Origin: Candidatus Bathyarchaeia archaeon
GTDB taxonomy: Bacteria; Patescibacteriota; Microgenomatia; PFEM01; JAFGMK01
NCBI GenBank assembly: GCA_035529595.1
Contig: DATKWK010000035.1
Span: forward strand, 113,067 to 177,066
Reading direction: 5' to 3'
DNA: 64,000 nt
Positions 1 to 7,870 of the stretch are shown here, piece by piece; the first letter of the stretch is position 1, and every line of letters starts with the position of its first letter. Position numbers and translations under genes: made by a program. The notes under the pieces are model-generated. The model did not search any database, was not told the origin of the DNA, and worked only from the letters and a program-made list of their open reading frames with translations.

Positions 1-1134
1 TCTGATATATTTAGAGATATTAACTAAAATTCCGGCTGCAGTAAGTGTCAGTAATAGTGACGAACCGCCATATGAAATAAAAGGAAGCGGAATACCGGTT
101 AAAGGAACTAAAGCAACCATTGCTCCGAGATTGACTAGAGCCTGAAGTCCAAGCCAAGCGGTTATACCCGAAGCAAGCAGTTTTCCAAACATATCGGGAG
201 ACCTTTGTGCGATACGAAACCCACGAGCGATCAGTAAAGCAAAAACCAGTACCAAAAAGGAAGCACCTACAAAACCTAATTCTTCTGCAATAACAGCAAA
301 TATGGAGTCGGTTGCCGCCGCTGGTAAATATTCATATTTTTGTCTCGATTGGCCTAACCCCAAACCAAACAGATTACCCGACCCAAGCGCAATTAAAATT
401 TGTCTTATATGGTAAGAGGCTCCCAAAGGGTCTCGAAGAGGATTTAGAAAGGTTAGGAACCTAGCCTTTCGATAGGGAGAAGAAATCGCCAAAATAATTC
501 CGCCAATTATTCCGAAGATCATTAAGCCGATAACTTGAATAATTGGTGCACCCGAAACAAAATAGACCAGAAAACCACTACCTAGAATAATCACCGTCGT
601 TCCCAAATCAGGTTGAAACATCATTAGAATTACGATCAAACCGGAAACCAGCAACAGCGGTAAATAATTCTTTTTCTTAACCAGATATGCTGCCAGATAA
701 ATAATGAAGGCGAGTTTAACTATCTCTGATGGCTGAAAGTTTATTCCACCAAAATTCAACCAGCGCCGTGCTCCAAAGTGCAAAAAACCGATTCTGGGAA
801 GAATAACTAGAATCAGACCGATAAAAGAGGCAAACAGAAACAAAGGTACCAATTTTTGAAGCTTCTGATAAGGAAAAAGGGATGCAACCAGAAAACTTAC
901 AAAACCGAAGATCACCCAACGAAACTGAAGTCTAAAATAATAAAGTTTATCGGCAAAATCTCGATAGGCTTCAACTGCTGAAGCGTTAGCTACCATTATC
1001 AAACCAAACAAAGTTAAAAAAAGCACTATCCCCACTAATAACCAGTCGGGCTGGCGGACAGATGACTCAAGAGAGAGCCTTCTTTTTTTCTTTTTACCTT
1101 TAATTCTATTTTTTTTAAAGATAATTGACTTCAT
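1..1134 (-). CDS. ftsW: FtsW/RodA-type SEDS protein (lipid II flippase / peptidoglycan glycosyltransferase), C-terminus cut by window start
   Basis: Own translation of the minus strand; the ORF track omits it because it runs off the window. ATG at 1134, stop codon 9 nt upstream. Multi-TM protein containing 'LPLLLVSGLIVILMMFQPDLGTTVII' and the SEDS hallmark 'TGIPLPFISYGGSSLL' near position 1. Confidence 0.8.
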   Translation of the reverse strand, partial: MKSIIFKKNRIKGKKKKRRLSLESSVRQPDWLLVGIVLFLTLFGLIMVANASAVEAYRDFADKLYYFRLQFRWVIFGFVSFLVASLFPYQKLQKLVPLFLFASFIGLILVILPRIGFLHFGARRWLNFGGINFQPSEIVKLAFIIYLAAYLVKKKNYLPLLLVSGLIVILMMFQPDLGTTVIILGSGFLVYFVSGAPIIQVIGLMIFGIIGGIILAISSPYRKARFLTFLNPLRDPLGASYHIRQILIALGSGNLFGLGLGQSRQKYEYLPAAATDSIFAVIAEELGFVGASFLVLVFALLIARGFRIAQRSPDMFGKLLASGITAWLGLQALVNLGAMVALVPLTGIPLPFISYGGSSLLLTLTAAGILVNISKYIR

Positions 1135-1276
1135 TCCTAATAATTATAGCAAATACTTAAATTAATTCCCTCCATCCTAGCGCTAGCATTATTTGCAGTC
1201 CGATTAAATTGGACCTGGATTCCTCGATAAACTCGAAATAATGAGAGTTTATACAACGCTTTCTATTGTAATTAGA

Positions 1277-1305
1277 TTGAGGATGAGCTATTAAAAGTGT
1301 AAAAT
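1277..1305 (+). promoter_or_regulatory. possible sigma70-like promoter TTGAGG(1277-1282)-17 bp-TAAAAT(1300-1305) in the divergent ftsW/PP-loop-gene intergenic region
   Basis: Hexamers and spacing read directly from sequence. The -10 box lies only ~18 nt from the first ATG (1323), so any transcript would be nearly leaderless. AT-rich DNA gives chance matches. Confidence 0.2.
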
Positions 1306-1319
1306 TACGCCAAGGTAGC

Positions 1320-2699
1320 TTGATGACAGTTTCCAATTCAAACAAACAGTACCCGCGTTTTTTTTATAAAAGCTTTAGTTTTAGAAAAAAAGGTAACAAC
1401 CTATTTTTATCTTTCGAGTTCTTCACTGAACCTAATCTTTATTTTAAACCGGAACTGGTGATTTTTAACCTTCCCCAATATACCCAGAACTTAGATAAGG
1501 ACTTACTTAACAATCTGGTTTTTCACCTGGGACTAATAGAAATCTTAAGCTACTGGAAGGCAACTTGCTCTCCAGAGATTATCATCGAAGCCGGTTACTT
1601 GAACAAAAAACAGATCAGTTGGTGGCACAATTTAATACTAAAAGGAATGGGTGAGTTTTTCTACACAAATCAGATTGATTTTAAACGGAAAAACTTTCTG
1701 ACGATAAAGAATGCTCACCTAAAAACTAAATTCACCCGTAAAACAGAAAAAGCCGGACTTAATTCCAAGACATTTCTGGTCCCGTTTGCCGGCGGAAAAG
1801 ATTCGATCGTCACCGCCCAACTACTAAAGAAAAACAAGGAAGATTTCAGACTTTTTTGTCTTAATCCAACCTCTTCATGCTTAAAAAGCATAGAATTAAT
1901 CACTACTAAGCAACCAATTATTGTTCAAAGAACAATTGATCCGCAGCTGCTGGAATTAAATAAAAGAGGTTATCTTAACGGCCATACCCCATTTACAGCC
2001 TATCTGTCTTTTTTAGGTGTTATCTGCACTGTCTTATTCGACTGCGGCACCGTAATTTTTTCCAATGAAAGAAGCGCTAATGAGGGAAATCTCATCTATC
2101 GCAGCCAGATGATCAACCATCAATATTCTAAAAGTTGGGAATTTGAAAAAAAGTTTTCTAGGTACTGCCGTAAATATCTAATTCAAGTTAATTATTTAAG
2201 TTTATTACGACCTCTTTATGAGATTCAAATCACCAAAATATTTTCACGGTATCCTCAATATTTTGGCCATTTCAAAAGCTGTAATGTTGGTCAAAAAGAA
2301 AACATTTGGTGCCAACACTGCGCGAAATGCTTAGCCACATTTACTCTTCTTTATCCCTTTATCAGCCAGAAAAAAATTATTGAAATCTTCGGTATTAATC
2401 TTCTTGACGAAAAAGATAACTTGCCTATTCTTAAAAAACTTCTCGGAACAGTAGGTTTTAAACCTTTTGAATGTGTTCCAACTAAAGAGGAAGTAAAAAG
2501 TGCTCTGTATTTAGCTTACAAAAAAGACCAGAAAAATAAATACAAGCTTTCGTTAGCTTTGAGATACTTTAAGTCACGATATTTTCCGGAATTCAAGTAT
2601 TTACAGAAGTCGGCAAAAGAAATATTAAATTCCTGGGGTAAAAACCATAGCCTTACGAAAAGATTGACAAAAGTTCTCAAAGAGGCAATGCGGGGATGA
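1320..2699 (+). CDS. PP-loop superfamily ATP pyrophosphatase-fold protein (AGGKDS P-loop at ~res 157, C-terminal CQHCAKC), candidate MurL-like ATP-dependent epimerase (hypothesis)
   Basis: 459-aa ORF, start TTG 1320 or more likely ATG 1323. 'LVPFAGGKDSIVTAQLL' matches the SGGxDS PP-loop. Stop overlaps the start of the downstream MurD-family gene (ATGA at 2696-2699). Confidence 0.5.
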   Translation: MMTVSNSNKQYPRFFYKSFSFRKKGNNLFLSFEFFTEPNLYFKPELVIFNLPQYTQNLDKDLLNNLVFHLGLIEILSYWKATCSPEIIIEAGYLNKKQISWWHNLILKGMGEFFYTNQIDFKRKNFLTIKNAHLKTKFTRKTEKAGLNSKTFLVPFAGGKDSIVTAQLLKKNKEDFRLFCLNPTSSCLKSIELITTKQPIIVQRTIDPQLLELNKRGYLNGHTPFTAYLSFLGVICTVLFDCGTVIFSNERSANEGNLIYRSQMINHQYSKSWEFEKKFSRYCRKYLIQVNYLSLLRPLYEIQITKIFSRYPQYFGHFKSCNVGQKENIWCQHCAKCLATFTLLYPFISQKKIIEIFGINLLDEKDNLPILKKLLGTVGFKPFECVPTKEEVKSALYLAYKKDQKNKYKLSLALRYFKSRYFPEFKYLQKSAKEILNSWGKNHSLTKRLTKVLKEAMRG

Positions 2700-4123
2700 A
2701 AAAAAGGGAGAAATTACTGCTTTTTTTAAAAGATAAGAAGATACTTATTCTCGGTTTTGGCAGTGAAGGCCAGGCTGCCTATACGTATCTTCGGCAAAAC
2801 TTTCCCCAAAAAATAATTGGGGTTGCTGATCGTCTGACAACAAAAAAGTTCGGAGAAAAACAACAAAATATTCTTAAAAGTGATAAGCAATTAAAAATTC
2901 ATTTAGGGAGGAAATACCTAGGTGATCTTAATAAATATGATCTGATCATTAAATCTCCGGGTGTCCCTAGTCATTTACCCCAAATAAAAACATTCATAAA
3001 AAGGGGCGGAAAGATTACTTCTCAAACAGAATTGCTGCTTGAATATTGCCCGGGTGAAATCGTCGGTGTCACCGGAACTAAAGGAAAGACAACGACGGCA
3101 AGTCTTATATATGAGATTCTTAGAACGAAATTTAGGGACGTCCGCCTGGTTGGAAATATCGGTCATACTTCACTGTCGTTTGTTAACCGGGCGAGAAAAA
3201 ATACTATCTTTGTCTTTGAATTTTCCAGTCATCAGCTAGTCAGTCTTAAGGTTAGTCCGCATGTCGCCGTTTTCCTAAATATCTTTCCGGAACATTTAGA
3301 TTATTACTCGAATTTCAGAAAATATTTACGGGCTAAAGAAAACATTACTCTCCATCAAAAAACGAATGATTATTTTATTTATAATCGGGCATTTCCGGAT
3401 ATCCGCCGAATCGCCAGCAAGACTCGGGCAAATAATATCCCTTTTTCTCTTGAAGCGCGAAAAGGCAGCATTTGTTTTATAAAAGATAATTATCTTTTAT
3501 ACCGAAAGGAAAGAATTATCAAGACAACTGAGGTTCCTCTTCTTGGCCGCTTCAATCTCCAGAACGTTATGCCGGCTGTAATCGTTGCCAAGTTATACCA
3601 TATTCCTAACCGGGAGATTGTTAAGACAATCGGTAACTTTCATCCCGTTAAACATCGGTTGGAAAAAGTCGGTACCTTTAATGAAATTATTTTCTACAAT
3701 GACTCGATCGCAACTATTCCTCAAGCAACTATTGCCGCCCTCGAGGCATTGGGTAATCAAGTGGAAACACTTATCTTAGGTGGATATGAGCGCCATTTAA
3801 ATTATCATCAACTGGCAACAAAAATTTTGGAGACCAAACTTAAAAACTTAATTCTGTTCCCCACGACAGGTAAAGAAATCTGGCGCAATATCAAGCTAGA
3901 AATCGGAGATAGAAAAAGCAACCTTCCTAATCATCTATTTACTAAAGAAATGGAGAAAGCCGTAGTCTGGGCTTACCGGTACACTAGTCCGGGTAAAATT
4001 TGCTTGCTTTCACCAGCCGCAGCCAGTTTCAATCTGTTTCGGGATTACCAGGAGAGAGGAAACCTTTTCAAGAAATATGTCAAAAAAATTGGGCAGGCCT
4101 CCTCAGATAACCGCCAACCATAG
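2696..4123 (+). CDS. murD: UDP-N-acetylmuramoyl-L-alanine--glutamate ligase (MurD family; possibly an L-Glu-adding MurD2)
   Basis: 475 aa. N-terminal Rossmann-like 'KILILGFGSEGQAAYTYL', 'IIKSPGVP', 'ITSQTELLL', P-loop 'GVTGTKGKTTTASLI', C-terminal 'LILGGYERHLNYHQLA'. This matches the MurD domain pattern rather than MurC/E/F. Confidence 0.8.
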   Translation: MKKREKLLLFLKDKKILILGFGSEGQAAYTYLRQNFPQKIIGVADRLTTKKFGEKQQNILKSDKQLKIHLGRKYLGDLNKYDLIIKSPGVPSHLPQIKTFIKRGGKITSQTELLLEYCPGEIVGVTGTKGKTTTASLIYEILRTKFRDVRLVGNIGHTSLSFVNRARKNTIFVFEFSSHQLVSLKVSPHVAVFLNIFPEHLDYYSNFRKYLRAKENITLHQKTNDYFIYNRAFPDIRRIASKTRANNIPFSLEARKGSICFIKDNYLLYRKERIIKTTEVPLLGRFNLQNVMPAVIVAKLYHIPNREIVKTIGNFHPVKHRLEKVGTFNEIIFYNDSIATIPQATIAALEALGNQVETLILGGYERHLNYHQLATKILETKLKNLILFPTTGKEIWRNIKLEIGDRKSNLPNHLFTKEMEKAVVWAYRYTSPGKICLLSPAAASFNLFRDYQERGNLFKKYVKKIGQASSDNRQP

Positions 4124-5134
4124 GCCAAAAAGCGCCAAAATCAAACCGGCCAACCAGGCGCGCATTACAATTTTTGGCTCCTCCCAACCTCGGTTTTGCA
4201 GCCATAAATGAAACGGAGCAACCGCAAAAGCTTTTTTCTTTAAAAAATTTTTAGATAATATTTGGATTAAGCTGGTAGAAATCTCCACAATGTAGAGACC
4301 GCCTATTATAGCCAAAGCGGCGATCTTTCCGATTAACAATCCAACTACGGCTAAGGTAGCCCCAAATGATAAAGCACCAACATCTCCCAGCCAGAGACGT
4401 GCTGGATAAACATTGAAGTATAAAAAAGCGATAATTGCCCCAAGCCAGATTGAAATAAATGCCGACAGGACAGTATCGATTACGGTATGCGAGAGAATCC
4501 AAAAAGCAAAAAGACAAATCATTAGCAGGCCGGTTGAAAGACCGTCCAAGCCGTCAGTAATGTTATAGGCATTAGCAAAAGATACGATTATGAAGGCACT
4601 TAGAGGCACAAACCATAGTCCGAGATCAATTTCTCCTAAAAAAGGAATATAGATAAAGTCGATTCCTAAATTAAAATATAAGAGTATGGCAACGACGATG
4701 GCTAAAATGCACTGGATGAGGAATTTTTCACGAAGTCTCAGACCGAAAAAACCGCTTTTTTCAAAACCAAAGAATTTATGGAAATCGTCATATAAGCCCA
4801 ATAGGCCAAACGATATAAAAGAAAAAAAAATAACGTTAAGTTCTTCTTTAATTGGATGAGCTGTTGAAATATAAACACCTAAAATATTTATCAGGGGAAA
4901 CAGAATAACGTAGAGAAGACATACCATAATGATAATTAATAGGCCTCCGCCGACCGGCGTCCCTTCCTTTTTACTATGAAGCCTATCAAAAATCTTTGCC
5001 CTCAAACCCAGGAAATCGCGAGTTATTTGTTTCTGCCGTAAAAATTTCAATCTGTATAGAAGATTGATAAAAGGCACAATCAAAACCGAAGTAATAATAA
5101 AGGAAAAGATTAAAAGCCCCAGATAAAGAGACAT
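4103..5134 (-). CDS. mraY: phospho-N-acetylmuramoyl-pentapeptide transferase
   Basis: 343 aa polytopic membrane protein with MraY motifs 'KKEGTPVGGG', 'NAYNITDGLDGL', 'YPARLWLGDVGALSFGA'. Confidence 0.9.
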   Translation of the reverse strand: MSLYLGLLIFSFIITSVLIVPFINLLYRLKFLRQKQITRDFLGLRAKIFDRLHSKKEGTPVGGGLLIIIMVCLLYVILFPLINILGVYISTAHPIKEELNVIFFSFISFGLLGLYDDFHKFFGFEKSGFFGLRLREKFLIQCILAIVVAILLYFNLGIDFIYIPFLGEIDLGLWFVPLSAFIIVSFANAYNITDGLDGLSTGLLMICLFAFWILSHTVIDTVLSAFISIWLGAIIAFLYFNVYPARLWLGDVGALSFGATLAVVGLLIGKIAALAIIGGLYIVEISTSLIQILSKNFLKKKAFAVAPFHLWLQNRGWEEPKIVMRAWLAGLILALFGLWLAVI

Positions 5135-5157
5135 AAAAACAATCCAGAGTCAAGAAA

Positions 5158-5547
5158 TTAAAAATTTACCATTAACTTGATAAGTTTAGGCATGAAAATC
5201 AAGCCACCTACAATCACTGAACCGACGACCCCTAACAAGACCATTCCGGAAGCTACGTCCTTAGCCATTTTTGCTTTCTGGTGCCATTCTTCTTTTACTA
5301 AATCAGTTATTGCCTCAAGTGAAGTATTAATCATCTCTACGGTCACAACAGCAAAAATTGCCCAGACAATCATAGTAAATTCTATAAGAGAAACTTTCAA
5401 TACCAAAGCAACGACAAAAACCAAAACCGAAATAATTCCCATTAACTTGAGATTTCTCTCATTCCTGAAAGAAAGAACTATTCCAGAAATCGCATTCTTA
5501 AAGGACTGCTTATGATTGCCATTTTTCATGTGACCAAAACCACTCAT
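5158..5547 (-). CDS. dgkA: diacylglycerol kinase / undecaprenol kinase family (DgkA)
   Basis: 129 aa, 3 TM, 'EMINTSLEAITD' matches the prokaryotic DAGK signature. Start may be the internal Met (MKNGNHKQ). Confidence 0.7.
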   Translation of the reverse strand: MSGFGHMKNGNHKQSFKNAISGIVLSFRNERNLKLMGIISVLVFVVALVLKVSLIEFTMIVWAIFAVVTVEMINTSLEAITDLVKEEWHQKAKMAKDVASGMVLLGVVGSVIVGGLIFMPKLIKLMVNF

Positions 5548-5607
5548 GCATGTAAGAGTCTATTACATTCTACTCGGCTTAGTCAAGAAACAGAAACAAT
5601 TCTAACA

Positions 5608-6627
5608 TTAGAGATGACGAAAGACCCGCCTAAGAGTTTCAAAACAATATGTAACCCCGTAACGAATAGAGAGCGGCAGATCCTGGGCATGAAGCCAGTT
5701 AACCCGCTGACCTCCGAAACCTTTTTTAAAGGTTGTTACGCCGGCAAAACGATGACGAGGATTATCATTAGGCGCAATGCCCCAAAAATTATAAATGCGG
5801 CAGCCTCTTTTTTTGGCCTCTTTGATTGCCTCCCACTGAATCAGGTGGGAAGCAGGAACCCGGCTGGCTCCATGGGTTGAACCCGAATAGTGGTATACCG
5901 CCGTATCACCGTAAAATATTATCATTGAGACAGCGATAATCTTTTTTTGGTATTCAGCTAAAAGTAAAAGCGCTTGATTATCTCCGGTAAAAACCTCAAA
6001 TTGTTTTCTTAAAAATTCGTACGAAAAAGGGACGAATTTATGCCGCTTGGCCGTATCCAGTTGAAAACGATACAATATCTTGATATCTCTTATATCTCGA
6101 CTAAAAAGTATGCGCACCTTGCCCTTGGTCGCCTTCCTGATACAGTGACGAGTGGTTTTTCTCATGCCGGCTAACAATTCACTTTCAGGAGAACTAAGAT
6201 CAAGTTGCCAAGTCGTTTCCGCATGCATATGCATTGGCGCATTTAGAAAGCCAGCTTTCTTAAAGAACCGGCGGTTTTGGTCGTTATCAGAAATCGAAGG
6301 CCTGACTCTGATAAAAACTGCCTTTTCCAGTTTCCCCAAATTCTTAAGATAACTGACAAACTCTTTAAAATAATTTTGATTTTGCCAATCAAATAAAGGC
6401 CCGCCGGGACAAGAAAGATAAGTACCCCTTTTGGCTTGTTCTTTTATTAATAAAGACACCCCGACCAGCCTTTTTTTCTCGAAAAAACCTAAACGAAATA
6501 TTTTTTCTCCCAAGGCTTGGTAAAACTCTCCCCAGCTCCAAGATTGAAGGAAAACATTGGGGTTATGACTCAAGACAAATCTATCCCAAATATTTTTATT
6601 ATCGACCGGTTTTAACTCCATAATCAA
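5608..6627 (-). CDS. FemAB-family aminoacyl-tRNA-dependent peptidoglycan aminoacyltransferase (FemX/MurM-like)
   Basis: 339 aa. N-terminal 'NVFLQSWSWGEF' is typical of FemABX, and the size and GNAT-like architecture are consistent. Confidence 0.7.
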   Translation of the reverse strand: MIMELKPVDNKNIWDRFVLSHNPNVFLQSWSWGEFYQALGEKIFRLGFFEKKRLVGVSLLIKEQAKRGTYLSCPGGPLFDWQNQNYFKEFVSYLKNLGKLEKAVFIRVRPSISDNDQNRRFFKKAGFLNAPMHMHAETTWQLDLSSPESELLAGMRKTTRHCIRKATKGKVRILFSRDIRDIKILYRFQLDTAKRHKFVPFSYEFLRKQFEVFTGDNQALLLLAEYQKKIIAVSMIIFYGDTAVYHYSGSTHGASRVPASHLIQWEAIKEAKKRGCRIYNFWGIAPNDNPRHRFAGVTTFKKGFGGQRVNWLHAQDLPLSIRYGVTYCFETLRRVFRHL

Positions 6628-7867
6628 AAAATTGTCTGATTACTTTAATAACTTTTTTTGCCTCTCTTAAGCCGATTTTCGGATGAGTTGGTAAATTAAC
6701 AACCAGAGGAGAAGTCTTTTCCGCTACCGGACAAGTTTTGGGATCATAACCAATCACCGAATAATTTACTCCCGGTGGTGAAATTGACGGATAATACCAA
6801 TTATTTAAAATCACTTCTCTAATCTTTGCAAATCGGTATAATTTCTGGGCCTTTTCGGTTTTAATCGTAAACCGCAGCAAAGGAAAAACATTTGCCCCTT
6901 CCTGATAGTTGGGTAACTCAATCGGTAAATTCTCTAAACCGGCTGCATAAAGCTTGACTATTCTTTGGCGGTTTTCATTAAACTGTGAAAGTTTAGCTAA
7001 TTGAAAGCACGCCAACAAGGCTAAACTATTTGGGATCCGGCCGATAAAATAAGAAGGTAAAATGCCTCTTTGCTCGCAATCTTGCACCGGATTGATAAAT
7101 ATTCTCAGCTTCTGAAAAAAGACTAAAAGAATTTTTCCTAACGAAAAAAAATTGTAGACCGACAAAATAAGACTAAATAAAACCAGGTAAAGCAATTGAC
7201 GAAAAACAAAAAAACGGGTTGGGTAAGAAAGCGATCGATGATATTTTTTTAGCTTATTAAATAGTTTTTGATCTTTGGTAATGACCATTCCCCCGAAAAC
7301 GGAAGAAATGACTTTGTCTCTGCCAAAACTGAAAAAAGCCGCCTCTCCAAAAGTACCCAATTTTTTTCCAACGAAGGAAGCACCAATCACGTGAGCGCAA
7401 TCTTCAATCATCTTCAGTCCATATTTAGCGGCAATTTTGACAATTTCGTTGACCGGGGCCGGGTAACCGAAAGTATGTTGAACGATAATTGCTTTACTTT
7501 TAGGAGTAATTTTCCTGGCTAGATCATCCGGGTCCATATTGAATGAATCCTTGTCAATATCAACATAAACCGGTTTTGCTCCACATTTAATAACGCTGTT
7601 GGCAACTACCACGCAGGTAAACGCTTGAAGTAAAACTTCATCCCCTTTGGCAATACCTAAACAATTAAGAATCGCCAGCAAGCCGGTCCGGCCGTTAAGA
7701 AAACTAATCGTTCGAAAACCGGGATAGATATTTTCAAAGTCGGTTTCAAGTTGTTTGGTCCCTTTACCATGAACCCAATTTTTCGGTTGGAAAATTAACT
7801 TTAAAGCTTTCAGTATATCGGCAGCGTTGTTATTAGGCAACAAAGAGACGGAAATCGGCTTAAACAT
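6599..7867 (-). CDS. DegT/DnrJ/EryC1/StrS-family PLP-dependent aminotransferase with a hydrophobic insertion
   Basis: 422 aa. 'EDCAHVIGASFVGKKLGTFGEAAFFSFGRDKVI' (FSF..K PLP-lysine region). A ~60-aa insertion 'RFFVFRQLLYLVLFSLILSVYNFFSLGKILLVFFQKL' looks membrane-embedded. Confidence 0.65.
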   Translation of the reverse strand: MFKPISVSLLPNNNAADILKALKLIFQPKNWVHGKGTKQLETDFENIYPGFRTISFLNGRTGLLAILNCLGIAKGDEVLLQAFTCVVVANSVIKCGAKPVYVDIDKDSFNMDPDDLARKITPKSKAIIVQHTFGYPAPVNEIVKIAAKYGLKMIEDCAHVIGASFVGKKLGTFGEAAFFSFGRDKVISSVFGGMVITKDQKLFNKLKKYHRSLSYPTRFFVFRQLLYLVLFSLILSVYNFFSLGKILLVFFQKLRIFINPVQDCEQRGILPSYFIGRIPNSLALLACFQLAKLSQFNENRQRIVKLYAAGLENLPIELPNYQEGANVFPLLRFTIKTEKAQKLYRFAKIREVILNNWYYPSISPPGVNYSVIGYDPKTCPVAEKTSPLVVNLPTHPKIGLREAKKVIKVIRQFFDYGVKTGR

Positions 7868-7870
7868 GAA

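Noticed and set aside
716-919. 67-aa minus-strand ORF from the track
   Set aside because: It lies entirely inside, and out of frame with, the much longer FtsW reading frame (SEDS motifs) that the track missed because it runs off the window. It is a shadow ORF.
1135-1319. tRNA or ncRNA in the ftsW/PP-loop-gene divergent spacer and other spacers (11646-11715, 16279-16315, 56116-56222, 61953-62016)
   Set aside because: No cloverleaf-compatible stems or conserved T-loop (GTTCRA) were seen. The spacers are short, AT-rich and promoter-like. Absence of small RNAs cannot be proven by eye.
3039-3779. Short internal ORFs (3039..3239, 3585..3779, 2975..3166) within murD
   Set aside because: They are alternative-frame or antisense shadows of a gene with unambiguous Mur-ligase motifs.
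5177-5880. Plus-strand ORFs 5177..5515 and 5512..5880
   Set aside because: They are antisense shadows of dgkA and the femX 3' end and show no family features.
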